DNA of 58,688 nucleotides from a virus (lineage: Duplodnaviria; Caudoviricetes), in the IMG/VR virus record IMGVR_UViG_3300037041_002703, positions 1 through 58,688 of that record, one strand, 5' to 3'. The notes under the pieces were generated by a model. That model did no database searches, was not told the DNA's origin, and saw only the letters and a program-made list of their open reading frames with translations. Of the stretch, positions 56,769-58,688 are shown piece by piece. The number at the start of each line of letters is the position of its first letter. The stretch's first letter is position 1. The position numbers and the translations under genes are program-made.

Positions 56769-57494
56769 ATGAAAAATCTTATTTTAAAGATATTACACGA
56801 AGAAGTAAAAAACGGTAATGTTATCTGCAATAACTGTGGTTGGTCTTGGAGTTTAAAAGAGGGGGGTCACGACCCTTATATCTGCCATCAATGCAATCAT
56901 AATAATGAGCCGAAGAAAACCAAAACTATCAAAGAAAATACAGAAGAGTCTTCTAATTCTACTGAATCTAATCCTCCAGATTTCAAACAACAGTTATACA
57001 ATTTTTTGAAGAAAAAATGGGATGAAAATGGATTTAATCTTAAAGATGTAGTTAAACTTAAAAAAGTTTTAGGTAATTTCAACGAACATATCTATATTAC
57101 AAAATACTTTGGTGGTATTAAAAATATAATGAACAAATACGTAAAAAAACTACAGAGTTGTTTGGATTGTAGTTTTGGTAATTTATCTTTTGAGTTTGTT
57201 ATAGACTATTATGAACTAAATTCTAATTATAATTATACAGGTGTTATTGACTTATACGTTGACGTTTCCGAAGATGTGTTTGGTACGTTTTATAGTTATA
57301 ATGACAAAACAATTTCCGCCAGGAAAGTTATGCAAGACGATGATTATTCGGAATATTCAGATGACCTTGAAAGAGCAATAATCGACGCAATTGAAATCAA
57401 AATGAATAAATCACTAAATTCATATGGAGTTAGTGTTGAAGTTGTTGACCTAGTATTTGTTCCATCCAGACTTTTATCAAAAGACAAGATTTGA
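56769..57494 (+). CDS. Hypothetical protein with N-terminal Zn-ribbon
   Basis: MKNLILKILHEE...CNNCGWSW...PYICHQC. TATTTAT at 56756. Confidence 0.7.
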   Translation: MKNLILKILHEEVKNGNVICNNCGWSWSLKEGGHDPYICHQCNHNNEPKKTKTIKENTEESSNSTESNPPDFKQQLYNFLKKKWDENGFNLKDVVKLKKVLGNFNEHIYITKYFGGIKNIMNKYVKKLQSCLDCSFGNLSFEFVIDYYELNSNYNYTGVIDLYVDVSEDVFGTFYSYNDKTISARKVMQDDDYSEYSDDLERAIIDAIEIKMNKSLNSYGVSVEVVDLVFVPSRLLSKDKI

Positions 57495-58307
57495 GGAAAA
57501 ACGTGTACCACGCTTTTTGTAGTGCAGTTTATAACCCAACTCAGCAATCATTTTCTTCCCAATTTCAATTCCGTTAAAGACATCTTCAAGAACAACATAT
57601 TCGTTACGAGTGTGGTAATTATAATATCCGATGGATATGTTAATACAAGAAAAGTCAAACTTTCCGCGCAAAGAATAAACATCAGTATAAGGATGAACAA
57701 GATATTCCAAGCTTTCCCCAACATTTTCAACAAGAATTTTATCACAAGTTTCAAAAAACTCGGATTCCCGGTCAAATAGTTGTTGACCAAAACAATATTC
57801 TGTCACCATCCAATTTTCCGGACCATCGAATTGGATACCGTACCCGACGTTTTGAAAAAACTCAACATCAGCTTTAGCGGAACCATGGCATCCGGTTTCT
57901 TCAGCAACAAAAAATGCTGCTTTTACATTTGGAAGTTCTTCCAATACTTGCAAACAAGCAAAAACACCAGCCTTATCATCACCACCTATGCCAGTTGGGT
58001 TTCCGTGATTATCATAAGCTTTAAATGATGGTTTAAGTTCACCCTGGGCATTTTCATGCATTTCCTCACGGACATTAATTTCGTTCAATCCATGAACAGT
58101 ATCAGTATGAGCAATAACACAAGGAAAATATTCCACGTCCGCATCAGTTTGCTTTGTGGCATAGACATTTAGCATGTCATCAATATAATATTCAATATTG
58201 TTTTCTTTGAGCCAATCGCAAATAAATTCGACAAGCAAGCCCTCTCTATGAGTTGCTGTGGGAACCGATAGGACCTCTTTTAAAAGTTGAATTTTTTCGT
58301 GAAGCAT
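57477..58307 (-). CDS. M20/M28/M42-clan zinc peptidase-like protein
   Basis: AHTDTVH, GGDDKAG, AEETG, QFD, YHT..E metal-ligand motifs. ATG at 58307. Confidence 0.82.
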   Translation of the reverse strand: MLHEKIQLLKEVLSVPTATHREGLLVEFICDWLKENNIEYYIDDMLNVYATKQTDADVEYFPCVIAHTDTVHGLNEINVREEMHENAQGELKPSFKAYDNHGNPTGIGGDDKAGVFACLQVLEELPNVKAAFFVAEETGCHGSAKADVEFFQNVGYGIQFDGPENWMVTEYCFGQQLFDRESEFFETCDKILVENVGESLEYLVHPYTDVYSLRGKFDFSCINISIGYYNYHTRNEYVVLEDVFNGIEIGKKMIAELGYKLHYKKRGTRFSSNLVF

Positions 58308-58688
58308 CTTCAAGTATTTGTTGCAAAGATAATAAAATATTTTTACTTTCAAAATTAAATCTTGGGTGGTTATACCAATTTAAAAAATCTTCTCGCGACA
58401 TTTTGACTATCTTTCCCCAATTAGGCCCATTTGTTATCCTAAATTCAACAATATCGTCATCTATATCATAACCCAAAACAGAGAAAGCTTCTCCAGTGTG
58501 GGGATTTTCAGGCCAACGAAAGGTAGTTTTTAAGGATGCCAAAAAGTTTAAAAATGATTTTCTATCAGAAAAGTTAGAACTTTGCAATTTTTCCAAAATG
58601 TAATTTAAATCATCCTCGGTTTCGACACCCAAAGAATCATTATCCAAAAATTTTTCATCGAAAAAATTATACTTATTTTCTTCCCAGC
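58246..58688 (-). CDS. 3' part of a hypothetical protein entering from outside the window
   Basis: The frame is open to the window edge (..WEENKYNFFDEKFLDNDSLG..). Confidence 0.6.
   Translation of the reverse strand, partial: WEENKYNFFDEKFLDNDSLGVETEDDLNYILEKLQSSNFSDRKSFLNFLASLKTTFRWPENPHTGEAFSVLGYDIDDDIVEFRITNGPNWGKIVKMSREDFLNWYNHPRFNFESKNILLSLQQILEDASRKNSTFKRGPIGSHSNS
58324..58353 (-). promoter_or_regulatory. Bacteroidota-type sigmaA promoter
   Basis: Minus strand TTTG, 18 nt spacer, TATCTTTG(CA), 16 nt before ATG 58307. Confidence 0.72.

Noticed and set aside
1-58688. Alternative genetic code (TAG or TGA recoding), as in some huge phages
   Set aside because: Genes are full length in code 11, and TAG and TGA end genes at sensible positions (e.g. 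4268, 42008, 55792, 6257).

Overview
This AT-rich window looks like part of a large T4-like (huge or jumbo) tailed phage genome read in the standard genetic code. The host is probably a Bacteroidota bacterium: there are TAnnTTTG/TTTG promoters, A-rich starts without Shine-Dalgarno sequences, a Bacteroidota-type bS21 and a DUF4494-like gene. Layout: (1) 1-4.3 kb, late/virion-like genes. (2) 4.3-27.9 kb, a co-directional block of about 11 glycosyltransferase-like genes, 3 methyltransferases and nucleotide-sugar enzymes, mixed with a 3'-5' exonuclease, dUTPase, NadE and PhoH. (3) A gp55-like late sigma factor, a gp5-like baseplate hub and other structural genes. (4) A minus-strand head module: major capsid, scaffold, prohead protease, portal with an HNH intein, large terminase and a Thr/Pro mucin-like protein, with rpsU inserted in the opposite orientation. 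(5) A Pol-beta nucleotidyltransferase, a KTSC protein, and a tandem-UVR protein divergent from an N-domain-less ClpC, with a sigma54-like promoter and paired palindromes between them. The strongest candidate new system is virion protein glycosylation: the glycan cluster co-occurs with a strongly enriched [S/T]-G-x-T motif in putative structural proteins and with a mucin-like protein. Other signals are a TATTTAT late-promoter motif and a shared N-terminal leader on unrelated proteins. No tRNA, rRNA or CRISPR array was seen. All family calls come from motif recognition by eye, not from database searches.
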